Assembly (NCBI GenBank): GCA_010909165.1
Contig: VJWM01000044.1
Span: forward strand, 1,798,001 to 1,862,000
Direction: 5' to 3'
From: Anthoceros angustus
Taxonomy: Eukaryota > Plantae > Anthocerotophyta
Length of the DNA: 64,000 nt
A program made the translations under genes and the position numbers. The notes under the pieces were generated by a model. The model was not told the DNA's origin. It did not search any database and saw only the letters and a program-made list of their open reading frames with translations. Within the stretch, counting starts at the first letter, position 1, and the number at the start of each line of letters is the position of its first letter. Positions 12,500-25,056 of the stretch are shown in pieces.

Positions 12500-15400
12500 G
12501 GGCAAGAGGACGCCAACGGAAGAAGGTAGGATGCCCCACGCCTAACCCATCGATGGACCATGGCCCCTACCGACCAAACAAGCGTACTCCATATTCGGAG
12601 GGAAGAAGGAGCGGATGCGAGACCTTTGTGGAGGACTTCGTGTCCAAAGCCAACTTCAACGGAGAGGGAGACGCGACCTCATCCAAATTTTCCAAGGGGT
12701 TCTCCGAGGACCGCTCAATGGTATCGGAGAAAGTACCGACCACGGAGAATGCCCCACCCGCCTGCTTGAAGCTTTGAAAATGCCTTCTTAGAACGGTTTC
12801 GAGGATCGACCGGGAGGGGTATGTATTATCAAAGTTGGAAAATCAAGCGAGGAAGAAGGAGAAGCCGGGCTCAGACATCGAGCGGTTCTATGCCCCGAGG
12901 ATCGGCATCCAACCCATACCACGATGCAAGCGATGCGGTGGTTCGCGCGGTCTAGCCAAACCCATGGCTGTGCACGCCCCGCCGCCGAGAAGGACGTGGG
13001 CAAGGCGGTCAGAGCGGCCGAAAACTACGAGGAATCGCTACATCAGAGGATAAAGAAATCCGCTCAAGGAGGCAAGAAGAAGAAGAAGAAACGGGGTTCG
13101 GACTCCGAGGAGGAAGAGTCTTCAGAGGAGGAGGAAGACCAATCGGAGGTGTCTTCGGAGGAGGAGCAGTCGTCCGAAGAAGAGACGGAGGTCTCTAGCG
13201 AGGAAGAGTATCCCCGCAAGAAGAAGAGCAAGAAAGCCCCGCTAAAAGAAGGTGGTAAGAAGGAGGTGGTGACACCAAGACGTCCGAGAAGCTCCACCGA
13301 CCCGACTCCTCAAAGGAGGTAGTGTGTCCGGAGGACCGGAAAAAGTGATAAAGAGAGTAGAGGACCGCGATAAACCGTTAAGGACCGAGAGCGCGGAAAA
13401 CACCGACTACGGTGCGACGCATCTACGGTGTCGTGTGCCGTGCCGAACACGGCCATTCGAATCCAACCGCCTCAAGGCCGGCATCAAGTGGACTACGAAT
13501 ACGAGGAGGAGGCTGAGGAGCAATGGGAAGAGGCCTATCAGGTACAGGAAGCCCCCTCTGGGCCGCGATATCCCAAAACCATGTATCCGTCAACTGGAGG
13601 TCCGTCAATACAACGGGCCCCACCGATGCAGCACCGCATGGGAGCCCCTTCAGGTATCCTCCGTACGGCCGTGGTCTGTTGGAACTGCGGGAATCCTGGC
13701 CATTACTCCAACGCGTGTCCGTACCCAACGAGGCAGGGTAATGGGGACTTCGAGCGCGGTGGCGATCGCAAGGCCGGGCATATGACAGACGCTATGTCCC
13801 AACCCCGCACAAGGACGGTACGACATACACCAAGCGGAGAACCCGACCACCAACGCCACCTCCTAAGACCTACTGCACACAAGTCAAGATGCTCGATTGG
13901 CGGAGTGGGAAGAGATTCCCAGTGCGAGATGGAAAAGAACAAGAAGGTACGGGGGTGTCGAAGGAAGGGAGTCGGGGAAATCTTGAGGTGTCTACTGTGA
14001 GTCAAGGAAGGAGCGACGAGAAAGGCGCCATTGAAGAAGAACAAGATCGAGGAAGGCCACGACGCCGAGGAAGGCAATCAAATACCAGCAGAGGATCCGA
14101 CCGATGAAGGAGGGCTGGACGGCAGCCTCCGAGGGATTACCCAAGGAAGTTCTCCGCAGATGTGGAGAAGGAACGGTGCCTCCCGCGACGGCGACGTTAG
14201 CTTCCACGGACGAGTCCGGAGGTGACCGAGATGTTGCAGGAGGAAATGCGCAAGCATCCGGAGAATACCGTAACACGGTGACCCGGGAGAGGATGAGGAC
14301 GCAGCAGCAGGATCCTCGATTGGGGTAGAAGCCTCACCCCTTTAATGTGGCGACCGATGATGAATCGCCAGACCTTGTGTCCTTTCGACCGCCGAGGATA
14401 ACCCAAATACCGCAAGAGGTCCGTCGGGCCGTTAGGAAACCCACATGAGCACCAAAGCCGTGAAGGGTAGCAGGAAGTGAGGGTGGTGTCCCATACGACC
14501 TGTGGGCCAGTGGTACAAGTGGAGATTGGATGTATCATCAAGGATGTACTGCTGGACACGGGTCCGAGTCAACCTCATCAAGCCACGACGAAAATTGGGC
14601 TTCACATCCTTCAACCTCAACGAAGACTCGAGAATGGCGTATATGTCAAGAAGAGATCCGGGGAGTTAACCGAGTCTTGGCCACCATAGCGGCACCCTAC
14701 AAACCGGATTTTGTTGTGATCAAACCGCCGGACCATTAGGGTATGAGGTGTTCTTTGGGCGGCCATGGTGGGTTGGCCTGCATAAGCTACACTTTGGAAG
14801 GAAGGAGATTCACTTCAAGCCGGTGGTGGGACCCTAAGGTGCGAGAAGGAGGTTGCTATCACGGAGCAAGGACACCTATTGTGGGAAGCTGAGCACTACC
14901 GGGGTATACCTCGGAGGACTCCACGACGAACAAGATAGTTCCGAGGAGGCGACTTTCGCCAAGATCCGGTCCGAGGAGGAGATGGACTATGGGATGCCTT
15001 TGGCGAAGTGGTTGATTGTTTTGAGTAAACGCCACAACGGAGGAAGGAAGTGAAGAGGAGGTCGGACCAAAGACAAGGGGAGACAACAAGAGTCGGACCA
15101 AGGAAAAGACATCAAGGAGTAACACGATTCACCTCCGACGAGCTCGAGAATGGGGATGCGAGAGGACGATCCCCGAGAGGAGGACGAGGGGTTTGACGCA
15201 ATGAAAAGACGAACGGAGACGGTGAACCCGGACGACGTGGAAGAAGTGGAGGTCCGGCCAGCAAATTCACGAAGTTTAAGAAAGGCATGCCTCCGGACCA
15301 AGGAAGGACTAAAGCATGGGGAGTTTTATGAGGTGTTCGCCTTCAAGGTCACGGACATGAAGGGCATTCAAGAAGTGGGAGAGCATAAGATCGATTTGAA

Positions 15401-17810
15401 GCCGGAGTGCCATCAATCCGACAATACAAGCTCAACCCCAAGTATTCGATCAAGGTGAAGGAGGTCCTTGATAAGTACCGGAGGCAGACATCATTTTCCC
15501 CATCACGCCGAGTGGGTCGCTACCGATTGTGGTGGTTCCCAAGAAACACCAGACAAATTGCATGCCAAGATTGGAGGAAGCTCAACGCCGAACGAGAAGG
15601 ACCACTTCCGATGCCATTCAGACGACATTTTGGACAAGGTGGGTGACGGACTACTTACTCCTTCCCGGATGGCTACTCGGATATAACCAATTGCACCTAA
15701 GGGAGTTTGACCGGACAAGACGACCTTCACTACGGAGTGGGGTACGCTTGCCTACAAGAGAAGTGCCTTTGGGATGACCGAGCGCCGGTCGTTCATGCGT
15801 ATGGTGACCAACGTCTTCCGTGACTTCGAGGGACTTCATGGAGATATTCTGGATGATTTTGTGTGCATGGGGAGGGGACAAACACCTTGGGCATCTAAGA
15901 AGGTGCTTGAGCGCCGGAGACTCAATTGAGCCTACACCCGAGAAATGCTACTTTGGAATGACGGAGGGAATCTTGCTGGGACATCGTGTCGGCTGAATCG
16001 AGGTGGACCAGACAAGGTCCGGTCATCCGCCTCCAAATACCTAACCTAAAGGCGAGAGGTTTCACAGGAATGGTGGGATACTACCGGTTTATTAAGGACT
16101 TTAAAGGGGGCTAAGCGATGTAACCATCATGAAGGAGGAGGTTTGGACCGGTCAGTGGAGCGAGAGGAGGCCTTCGGGATTTACGAACACCTTGGTAAGC
16201 GCACCTAAGAGGACCGGATCGAGCAGAAATTTCATGTGTATGTAGATGTGTCCGCTTTTGCTATCGGAGTAGTGCCGAGCCGGGACGATAAGCGGATTAT
16301 CCGTATACTGGGAATACCACCCAGAACGAAAATACACAACTACAGAGCCAAGCACGGGTATGGTATATGTCCAAGAAATTCGACACTACCTACTACCCAA
16401 AGGAGTTTGTGTTCTATGTAGACCACTTTTCAAGCATCGGTGAATAAGACGGACCGTCCGGACGGATAGCAAGGTGGATATTGTTGCTGCAGGAGTTCAC
16501 GTCAAGTGGAAACAAGACAAGGGAAAGACCAAAATGCGATTTCGTCACGATTGAAAACAGAGTGTGTTGAGAGATCGTGAAGATGCGCTTGGATGAGACA
16601 TTGGTTGCCGCAGTACAACCGAGGAGCCCAGACGAACCCCAAGCTACGAGAACCGGCACTTAGTGAGAAGGGAGGGTCGCCGTCCGACCTACGAAGAAAT
16701 AGAGCGGTACCTGGGAATGGAGCTTCAAAATCGACTCGTGATGAGGGAGGCATTCGTGCACTATGCTCGACCCTTCGTAATGTACAACGGTGTGTGTTCA
16801 AATTAGGGCCGACGAGTAGAACGGTACTTGCAACCGCAGACAGAGCGAGCTGCCAAGGGAATGCACGAAGGATTGGGGGTGGACACTACGGCAGTCACCA
16901 CCAAAAGATTTTGAAGCGGATCGTGGCCAACAATGTATGGGGACACCCACCGCTTAGAAGAAGTGTGATGCTTGTCGGATCGGAAGCCAACCCCGACAGG
17001 GCCGCTAGTACCGATATTGGCACCGCACCTTCGAAAAGTGGGGTATTGACTTTGTTGGACCCATATACCACAAGACACACACAAAGGAGATACATCCCGT
17101 GGCAACGGACCACCGCACTGTGGGTAGAGGCGGTGACAAGAACGGACTCGCAAATACCGTGGCCAAATTCGTGACGAACATCATAACGGATGTCCGCCGC
17201 AGCTTGGTAAGTGATAGGGGAACCCATTTCCTTAATGATGTGGTGGCCGCCATGACGGAGTATTTCGCATCAATCATCGCAAGACGGCACCCTACAATCC
17301 TAAGGCCAATGGGGTGGAGAAGACAAATGGGCTCATCCGCAGGATCAATAAACTCACAGTGAACTACGCCCATGATCGGATACCAAGTCGCCATCCGCAC
17401 TGTATGCCCGACAGCAGAAGGTGACCACACAACGGACCTTACTTGACCTACGACACTCTCCGTAATGCCGTGAGTTTGAAGTGCCCACTTTTCGAGTAAT
17501 GATGGAAGGGAGACTGACGTAAGAGGAAAGCCACCGAGCGACTCTTGGGGTTTGCAAACATACGAGGACAGAAGAAGCTCACCAAGATGCAATGGTGCAA
17601 AACCAACAAAAGATTTGGCACGATCACGATCGCGAATCGAGTATGTAAAGGAAGGGACCGCCTCCTTTATGATAGTCGCACATGCATTTTCCGTGCAAAC
17701 TTCACCGAGATGGATGGGTCCGTCAAGTGGTGCAAGTATGACAACGGGTCCCACGGCAGCCTAGATGGAGAGCTGCCCACTGGGTAAACGGGTGGGTGAA
17801 GAAGTATGCT
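12500..17810 (+). pseudogene. Degenerate gypsy gag-pol
   Basis: Zinc knuckle CWNCGNPGHYSNAC (~13677); protease DVLLDTG (~14545); RT pieces VVPKK, DWRKLN, PLP, DILDKV, GYNQ; RNase H pieces YVDVSAFAIG and GRIARWILLLQEF; integrase pieces GGHYG and LVSDRGTHFLN. Confidence 0.88.
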
Positions 17811-17846
17811 TAGTGTTGGCGAGACGCCAATGATGAGAAGGGAGTA

Positions 17847-20800
17847 TGTGGGCTATGCACTTCCCGGGAGTTAGAAATAAGTAGGGTTTCGCTTTTTAGG
17901 ATTGAAGGATAAATAAAAGGAGGAATAAATTGGGGTAGCGCCGGACGAGGCTCGAGTATACTCCGGACTGGAGTGAACAACGGACCCCTGCACCACTATG
18001 GCAAGCCCGACTACGCCGAGTAACGGATAAGTCCGAACCCACCTGTGTCAAAACAGGATAAGTACGCCTGGAAAGTAACCTAGGAGTGGAGGCGTGAGGA
18101 TGACGAGGCGGCGCCACGGACGGCCCCGAGTGGAGGTCGGCATGCAGAGGAGACCGTAACCTGCCAGGCCGCAGGCAGTATTCACGCCCGCGGCCGGGCG
18201 CGTAAGGCCGCAGTAAGCGCGAGGGTCGAGTGCGCATGCACTCGGACAACGAAGAGGCGCCTTCCGCCCAGCTTACTTCCACAAGCGCGGGAGGGAGGTC
18301 ATTTCACGCAGCCTCGCATCCACAGCCTTGCGCCCGCAATCCGGCTCGCGCTTTTTGGGCGCCGCCAGAGCGTGGCGCACCGTCAAGGTTGGAGCAACGA
18401 ACGCGCGAAGGAGGAACATCGTGCCGGACCGGCCAGCCAAAGAACAAGAGGAGGAGAAAGCAATGGCACCCAAAAGCCGAGGACTGGGAGCCATGGACCG
18501 TGGAGCGCAACATTGTGACCCGCGCTATCCGGACGGCCCCGGGCCGGAGGAAGCAGGAATTGGTGCAGGAGTGGCATCCGACGTGTTCCAAATGGTCTCG
18601 ACCTTTGACAACGCTCTAGTCCGGAGTTTGCCCGAAGATGCGGCGATCAACAAGGAGGTCCGATCCAAGAACCTCCGGAGGACCCGAGGCGATGGACCTT
18701 GAGGTCCCGAGGATGGCCTACAACCGCCCAAGGAGGAAGAAGGGGCGAGGAGCCCCTTGGCAAGGGGAAGATAGGGCCACCACGCGATGCGAGGCTCGAA
18801 CGCACGGACAACCAACGGATGGTTGATATCCGATCCGCCGGATACCGAGTAAGGGCGGTAGCCCGGATCATTGTCCATTGAACTCGCCACCAAGGTGGAT
18901 CACCTTGGTGATAACTGCTGGTATTCTCGCGCCCCTGGGAAGAGAGCGACGGGGAAGGATTATCTTCGCCTGCCTGGGCCTGAGGCACGCAAGCTAAGGA
19001 GCGAGAAGCCTCGCCATCGGCCGACCCCATACCGATTCATGTATGGGGACATTTCGAGCTCCTCAAGGAGGGAGAGCTTGAGCGGCGCCCAAGGGGCCGG
19101 AGGCCCCGCCAAGTAGAGCGTGCAAGGGCGCCTGAGGTGGGGGTCGCCCTTCAAGACCAAGCGACTCGGGAGGAGGACGATCGAGGATTCCTGACTCCAT
19201 ACGCCTGAGCGAACCCCTCACCACCTGTGGAAGTTTGGGAGGCGGCCCCTTCCTCCTTTTGGTGCCCCTCCGAGCACCGGCACAGGAGGAGCCGATGCGA
19301 GGGCGCTGGCGGCCCGCACCGGCAACAATGCCCAACAACGAGCCGAGCCCCGACGAACTCCGGGAGCCAAGAGGCGAAGACGGTGCTTACCAACGCAAAG
19401 ACACGAGCCGGACTTCACCCCCGCCTACCTGAGTGGCAAGAGGTCAAGAGGCGTAAGGAGGGCGAAAGGGACGTGGCCCAAGGAGGAGGTCAGGTCAGCC
19501 CCACCTCCGAGCCGGCCCCTGCCCCGGCTGTGAAGGGGCAAAGAGCTTGCTCCCGACCCCTCACCTCCGAGCCCCGTGGAGAAAGAGGGCACAAAGGAGT
19601 TAGAGGCCAAGAGGGCCAAGAGGGTGAGACTGACTCACCACTGTGACCCGAGGGTCCCGATTAGGTCCGGAGAACCCAACCGACTTACGGATCAAGGTAT
19701 GGAGGTCCTGGCGGATCGAGAAATGCCGGCCCCACTACGGACTTTGTGGGGGCCTCACTCGTGGAAGAAACACGGCGAGCTACCGCCATGGACGGAATGC
19801 TTTGGGGTCTCGCAGGGAGAAGACCTGTGGAAGTGGAGGCCACCCGAGGAGGATGGTGGAACCCAAGAGCAAGTGAAGGCCGAGGGGCAAAGGAAAGGCG
19901 GAGTCCCTCGGATCGAGGAAGGGAAACGCCGGGTGGCGGAGCGAGGCCCGGCTCACAGACTGGTTAAGGTTCTTCACAGGAACAAGCAAGCTGGGAGGCC
20001 CAAGCGCGGAGGACCTTGCTGCGAAGAGGGGAAGCGCAGCAGAGGCTAAGAGGCCCGGCACAAGCAGAGAGCTCGACCGGGCGGAGGCGGCCAGAGCGGC
20101 CAAGTGGGCGAGGCCTGTAAAGGCGGAAGGAGTCAAGTCGAAGAGCGACCGGATCACTACGCACGTGATCGAACCGTGGAGAGTCAGCCGCATGAGGCTA
20201 ACTCAAGGCCGCATGCGGCCAAGGCTGGAGCAGCAAGGCCAAGACTCGGGAGATAGGAGATCTCCGAGTACACCGCAGGAGGTAGAAGGAGGCGCAGCAG
20301 ATGGAGGATGCAAGGACACGCCGGAGCTACAACCCAAGATGCCGGAAAGCAGTGATTCTCAACGAGAGAATCCACGACTCGAGCACGAAAAGCCCGGCCC
20401 GTCTCAAGACGGAGGAAAATCGCGACTATCCAAGGAGTTGGACGCTGCTGTGCGTATGAGCCGGAGGAAGTCCGAGCCTGGACGGAGGTATCCGACACTG
20501 GAGAGGAGGCGGAGCTAAAGGCCGTAATGAACGGAGGAGCACGGAAGCGTAAAAGAAGCCGGTCCAGAGAAAGGCGGAAGGGAACGCCGCGCTATGGCGG
20601 TAAGTCAATGGAAAGGAAACGACGGAGCCGGAGAAGTGAGCAACAATGCAGGAGGTGACCGAGGCCGCCTGTAGCCTCGCGTGATGCCTGCCCACCACAA
20701 CCGGGCAGAGAGGTGGCCCAACAAGCCGGGCAAAGACGCCCACTAACACTTATGGCGAGGGAGTATGTGCCCGCACACGTGGAAGAGGCAATTCAACAAG

Positions 20801-22224
20801 TCGATTCAGACTTTGCCTATTACCACGCCGAGCTCCTCAAGGCCCCTCGACCGGCACTGACGGACCGGAAGGCTCAAGGAGATGAAGGCCACGGGACAAA
20901 GACAGGGACCCTAGTGGCCTGCTTGAGATGACGGGAGCGGAGAGGAGCAACCGGAGGAGCAACGAGGGAGCGGATGCGATCGAGGTAAGCACCCGCACCT
21001 CACCATGGAAGGAGGGGCCAACGGGAGTCACGGGCGATCGGGAATGCAGGACTTCGAGGGAGAGCCACGGAGGAGTCCCGTGAGGGAGGAAACCTGGTGG
21101 CGTGAGTCCGACTTTGTCCGACTCAGGGAGGCCGGACCTCAAGTCCGGACTCAATAAGTCCGACCAAGTCCGACTCGAATAAGTCCACGGACTCAAGTCC
21201 GGACCAAGTCCGACAGAATAACCGACCCGAGGTCCGGACCCAGAGACAAGGTGGACCTAGCCACGGACCTGAATAAGTCGACTCCCGAGTCGAGACAGAC
21301 CTCGAGGACCGGGCAAGAAGAGGAGCCCCTTCGACTTACGCTTAGGGGAGCCGATAGGTGGCCCCACCGGCGGGACCTGTGGAGGCCAGGGGAGGATGAC
21401 GCCGTGGTAACGCCGATCACGCCAGAGCCCAACCCGATGTGATTCCGGAGAGGAGGGGCCCCTCACGGATCATCCGATTGGGTGCACCACAACCGCTGAC
21501 GGGGATTGACCACCCATTCCGCCTGTGACCTTCCCACTCGGCCAAGGAGATAGGGGGATAGGGTAGGCGGCCGATTAGGGTATACCGAAATGGCTATCAC
21601 CGTAATAGGGGTGTAATAAAGACGCCACCTTGGGCGCAGATAAGAGGGCCGAGGCCTAGTAAAGCATCTTTCTTGGTGTTGATGCCTGCCTGTGCACCTT
21701 TGTGAGTCTTCTTGCTAACGTGAGTCCCGAGTCACCGAAAGGTGCACGATGCCCGGGAGATTGATCAAGGTCCCGTGACGGACTTAACGCGCTGTGGTGT
21801 GTGCGTGGAAGGGTGATCGGTGATCCGTCGCCGAGCCGCGTCCCACACCTGATCGAACGTGAGCCGGAGGAACTCCGGAGGTGTAGAGCCCGGAGAGAGG
21901 CCCGGAACGACGAGGAGGTCCGATCACAGAACCGCGTTTTTTCTAAGATCAAGAGTGTAGCGTGAGAGGAGAGAGGAAAGGACCGGATGCGTGAGGATGT
22001 ATGTGAACGATACGGACGCGAACGGGTCCTTAAACGCTTGGCCATACCGCCCGAGACGGTGAACGCCAGAGTAGTTAGAGGTGTGTGTGTTGAGACCGAA
22101 CGAGCGCTAAGGACGGTAAGAATCACCAAACGCGTAAACGGGCCTATCATTCCCTTGGGAACGGACTTCTTCCTACAACGACACGATTGTGGCGCCCGGG
22201 CCGCCATCAAGAAAAAGTCCCTAC
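17847..22224 (+). repeat. 3' LTR (~4.4 kb)
   Basis: Starts TG right after the PPT GAGAAGGGAG; ends AAGTCCCTAC before the TSD; homologous to the 5' LTR. Confidence 0.9.
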
Positions 22225-22510
22225 GAGACCTTGCATCGCATGCCATCTGGGTGCCCAATATTTAACCATTCTGCAGTGTATACTCTGGACACCCATTAGC
22301 AAGTCCGACACTTCCACAAGCGGTTGCTCATGGCACGTCCTGCTCAGGTCTTCGCACAGACAGACTAGTTTGTCCATGCTCAGAACAGCCTCCTCGATTG
22401 ATAGTGGAATTATCCCCCGATTGTTCGCATAGATCGGCCGAGGGAATCAAACCCCGCATGAAGGAGGCGTTAGAATGGTCTGACGGAGCAAGGCTTGGCG
22501 AAGTGCGAGT

Positions 22511-24760
22511 GTCCCTGATTAGGTCCGAGAACCCAGTCCGGACTTACTCGGTGCGGTATGGAGGTCCTTGGCGGAGAAATGCCGGCTCCCACTCGGACTT
22601 TGTGGGGGCCTCACTGCGGCCGTGGAAGAAACACGGCGAGTCCGCTACCGTCATGGACGGAATGCTTTGGGGTCTCGTGGTGCAGTGGAGAAGACCCGAA
22701 GTGGAGGCCACCCGGAGGATGGTGGAACTCAAGAGCAAGTGAAGGCGGCCGAGGGGCAAAGGAAAAGGCGGAGTCCCTCGCTCGGATCGAGGAAGGAAGC
22801 GTGGTGGCGAGCGAGGCCCGGTTGGCCAGGCCGGGAGGTTCTTCACGACAGTGAAGCAAGCTCAGAGGCCCAAGCGGGCGGAGGACCTGCGCAGCGAAGG
22901 GAAGCGAGGCGGAAGAGGCCCGGGCACAGAGAGCTCGGGACTGGCGGAGGCGGCCGGCTAGGCGCCAAGTGGGCGAGTAAAGCGGCGAAGAGTCGGAAGC
23001 CGCGGCGGCAGGATCACTCACGTGATCGGGCCGGTGGAGAGAGTCAGCGATGAGGCTAACTCGAAGGCCGCACGGCTATGGGCGGCAGGCCGGAAGGAGG
23101 AGATGGAGGCCGGCACTCGGGAGATAGGAGATCTCGAGTGCAGTGCAGGAAGTAGGGAGGCGGATGGAGGCAGCAAGGACACTGGAGCTACAACTCCAAG
23201 ATGCGTCGGGCGGTGATTCTCAACGAGAATCCACGACTTGAGCGAAATAGAGTGCCTCGGCTCCGTCGAAGGCGGAGGAAAATCGGCGACTATCGAGTTG
23301 GGCGTTGCGGGCTGAAGGGGAGGAAGTCGAGTCGGAGTAGCCTGGAGAGGGAGGCGGCGGCCAGAATGAGCGGAGGCCGAGCAGGCAGAAAGAAGGCTGG
23401 TCCGGTGAGAAAGGCGGAAGGGGCAGCTATGGCGGATGGTGGCAATGGAGAGGAAGCAGCGGGGCTGGGCGGGTGGAGCAACAGTGCAGGGGAGGAGTGG
23501 CCGTAGCCTCGCGTGTCTGACCCGGCTCAGTTCAAATCTGGCGGAGAGGTGGCCCAACAAGCGGCGCGCCCGGCTCCGGAACACTTATGGCGGAGGGAGT
23601 ATCGGGTGCTCGGGCACCGTGGAAGAGCAATTCAACAAGTCGATTCGGACTTTGCCTATTACCACCGAGCTCTGAGCGATAGAAGCCTCTCGGCGGCCCG
23701 CGACAGACGGACCTGGAGAAGGAGATGAAGGCCACGGGGGCGGCAGGGGACCCTAGTGGCCTGTTTGGAGATAGCGGCGGAGGAGGCGGCCGAGGAGGCG
23801 GAGCGGCGGATCACGGGGTAAGCACCCGCACCTCACCATGGAAGGAGGGGCCAGCGAAGGAGTCACTTGAGCGATCGGGAGCAGTGGAAGGACTTGAGGG
23901 AGAGCCACGGAGGTCCGTGAGGGAGGCAGGTGGGCGTGAGTCGGACTTTGTCCGGAGGAAGGGGGACCACAGTCGGACCCGTGTAAGTCCGGACCACGAG
24001 TCGGACCCGACAGTCCGGACCTAGGGTGGGACCTGGGGCGGACTCACAGTTGGGGTCGAGGCAGGGGCTCGAGGTGCAGCGATGGGAGGAGCTTCGACTT
24101 CTAGGGAGATGTGGTGGCCCCGTGAAGGACCCGAGGCCGAGGGAGGACGTCGTGTGGTTGTCGAACCCGCCGGTAGCTAACGGGATTCGGGAGAGGAGGG
24201 GCCCGCCTCACGGATCATCCGATTGGGTGCCACTGGCTGTCGGGGACGAGTTGGACCACCCATTAGGCGGGGCCAGGACCTTCCAGCAGTCGGCGAAGGA
24301 GATAGGGGGAAATAGGATGGTAGGCCGATTAGGGTATCTGGCTATCATTTCGAGAATAGGGGTGTAATAAAGGCCTTGGGCGCGATATAAGAGGTGTGCT
24401 CTAGTAAAGCATCTTTCTCTTGGTGTTGATGCAGCGTTCTTGCGGACCTTTGTGAGTCTTCTGCGTGAGTCACGAGTCAGCGGCGAGCCACGGCTCGGGA
24501 GATTGATCAAGGTCCGGTGGCGGACTTAGCGTTGTGGTGTGTGCGGTGGCGGTGACCGTGCTCGTCGGGAGCGGCCCGAGCCGAGCAATTTGGCGTGTGG
24601 CCGGGAGGAACTCCGGAGGGCGTGTGAGCCGGACGGAGGCCCAGGCGGAGCAGCGGAGGAGGGGCATGTAACCAGCGTCTTTCTAAGGCGAGTGTGGCGT
24701 GAGAGGAGAGAGAAAGGGCTGGATGTGTGTGACGGATGTGAGCAATCTGACGCGACAGGT
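22511..24760 (+). mobile_element. More diverged partial copy of the same gypsy LTR
   Basis: Colinear with the 3' half of the LTR (e.g. GATTAGGTCCGAGAACC, ACACTTATGGCGGAGGGAGTATCGG, CTAGTAAAGCATCTTTCTCTTGGTGTTGATG). Confidence 0.85.
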
Positions 24761-25056
24761 GCAAGGATTGGGCACTATTTGAAGTTATATGGCAAAGAAA
24801 GCTGCTATATCTCCGAGTTCATCTCCACCTACAATTTATATTCTAAGAAAACGTAAGTTGGAGGAGAGCTAAACCTATGTTTTTGTTGGCTATGGCAACA
24901 AGAAAGGACACTTACCAAAGCATTGCCTTTGCTCGGGCGTGACATTCAAGAGCCGCAATGCCGCTAACAGACTTTGACTCTTCACACACAACCGTGAGAT
25001 TGACACCACATTAAGATATCTAATCTTGATGACCCGCTATTTTTTCCACAAGATGA

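Larger units (their letters stand above)
6778..22224 (+). mobile_element. Full-length degenerate Ty3/gypsy LTR retrotransposon (non-chromovirus, Athila/Phygy-like) with very long LTRs
   Basis: Direct repeats at 6778-12267 and 17847-22224; 5-bp TSD GAGAC at 6773-6777 and 22225-22229; PBS at 12271; PPT at 17835-17844; gag-PR-RT-RH-INT remnants in gypsy order. Confidence 0.93.
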
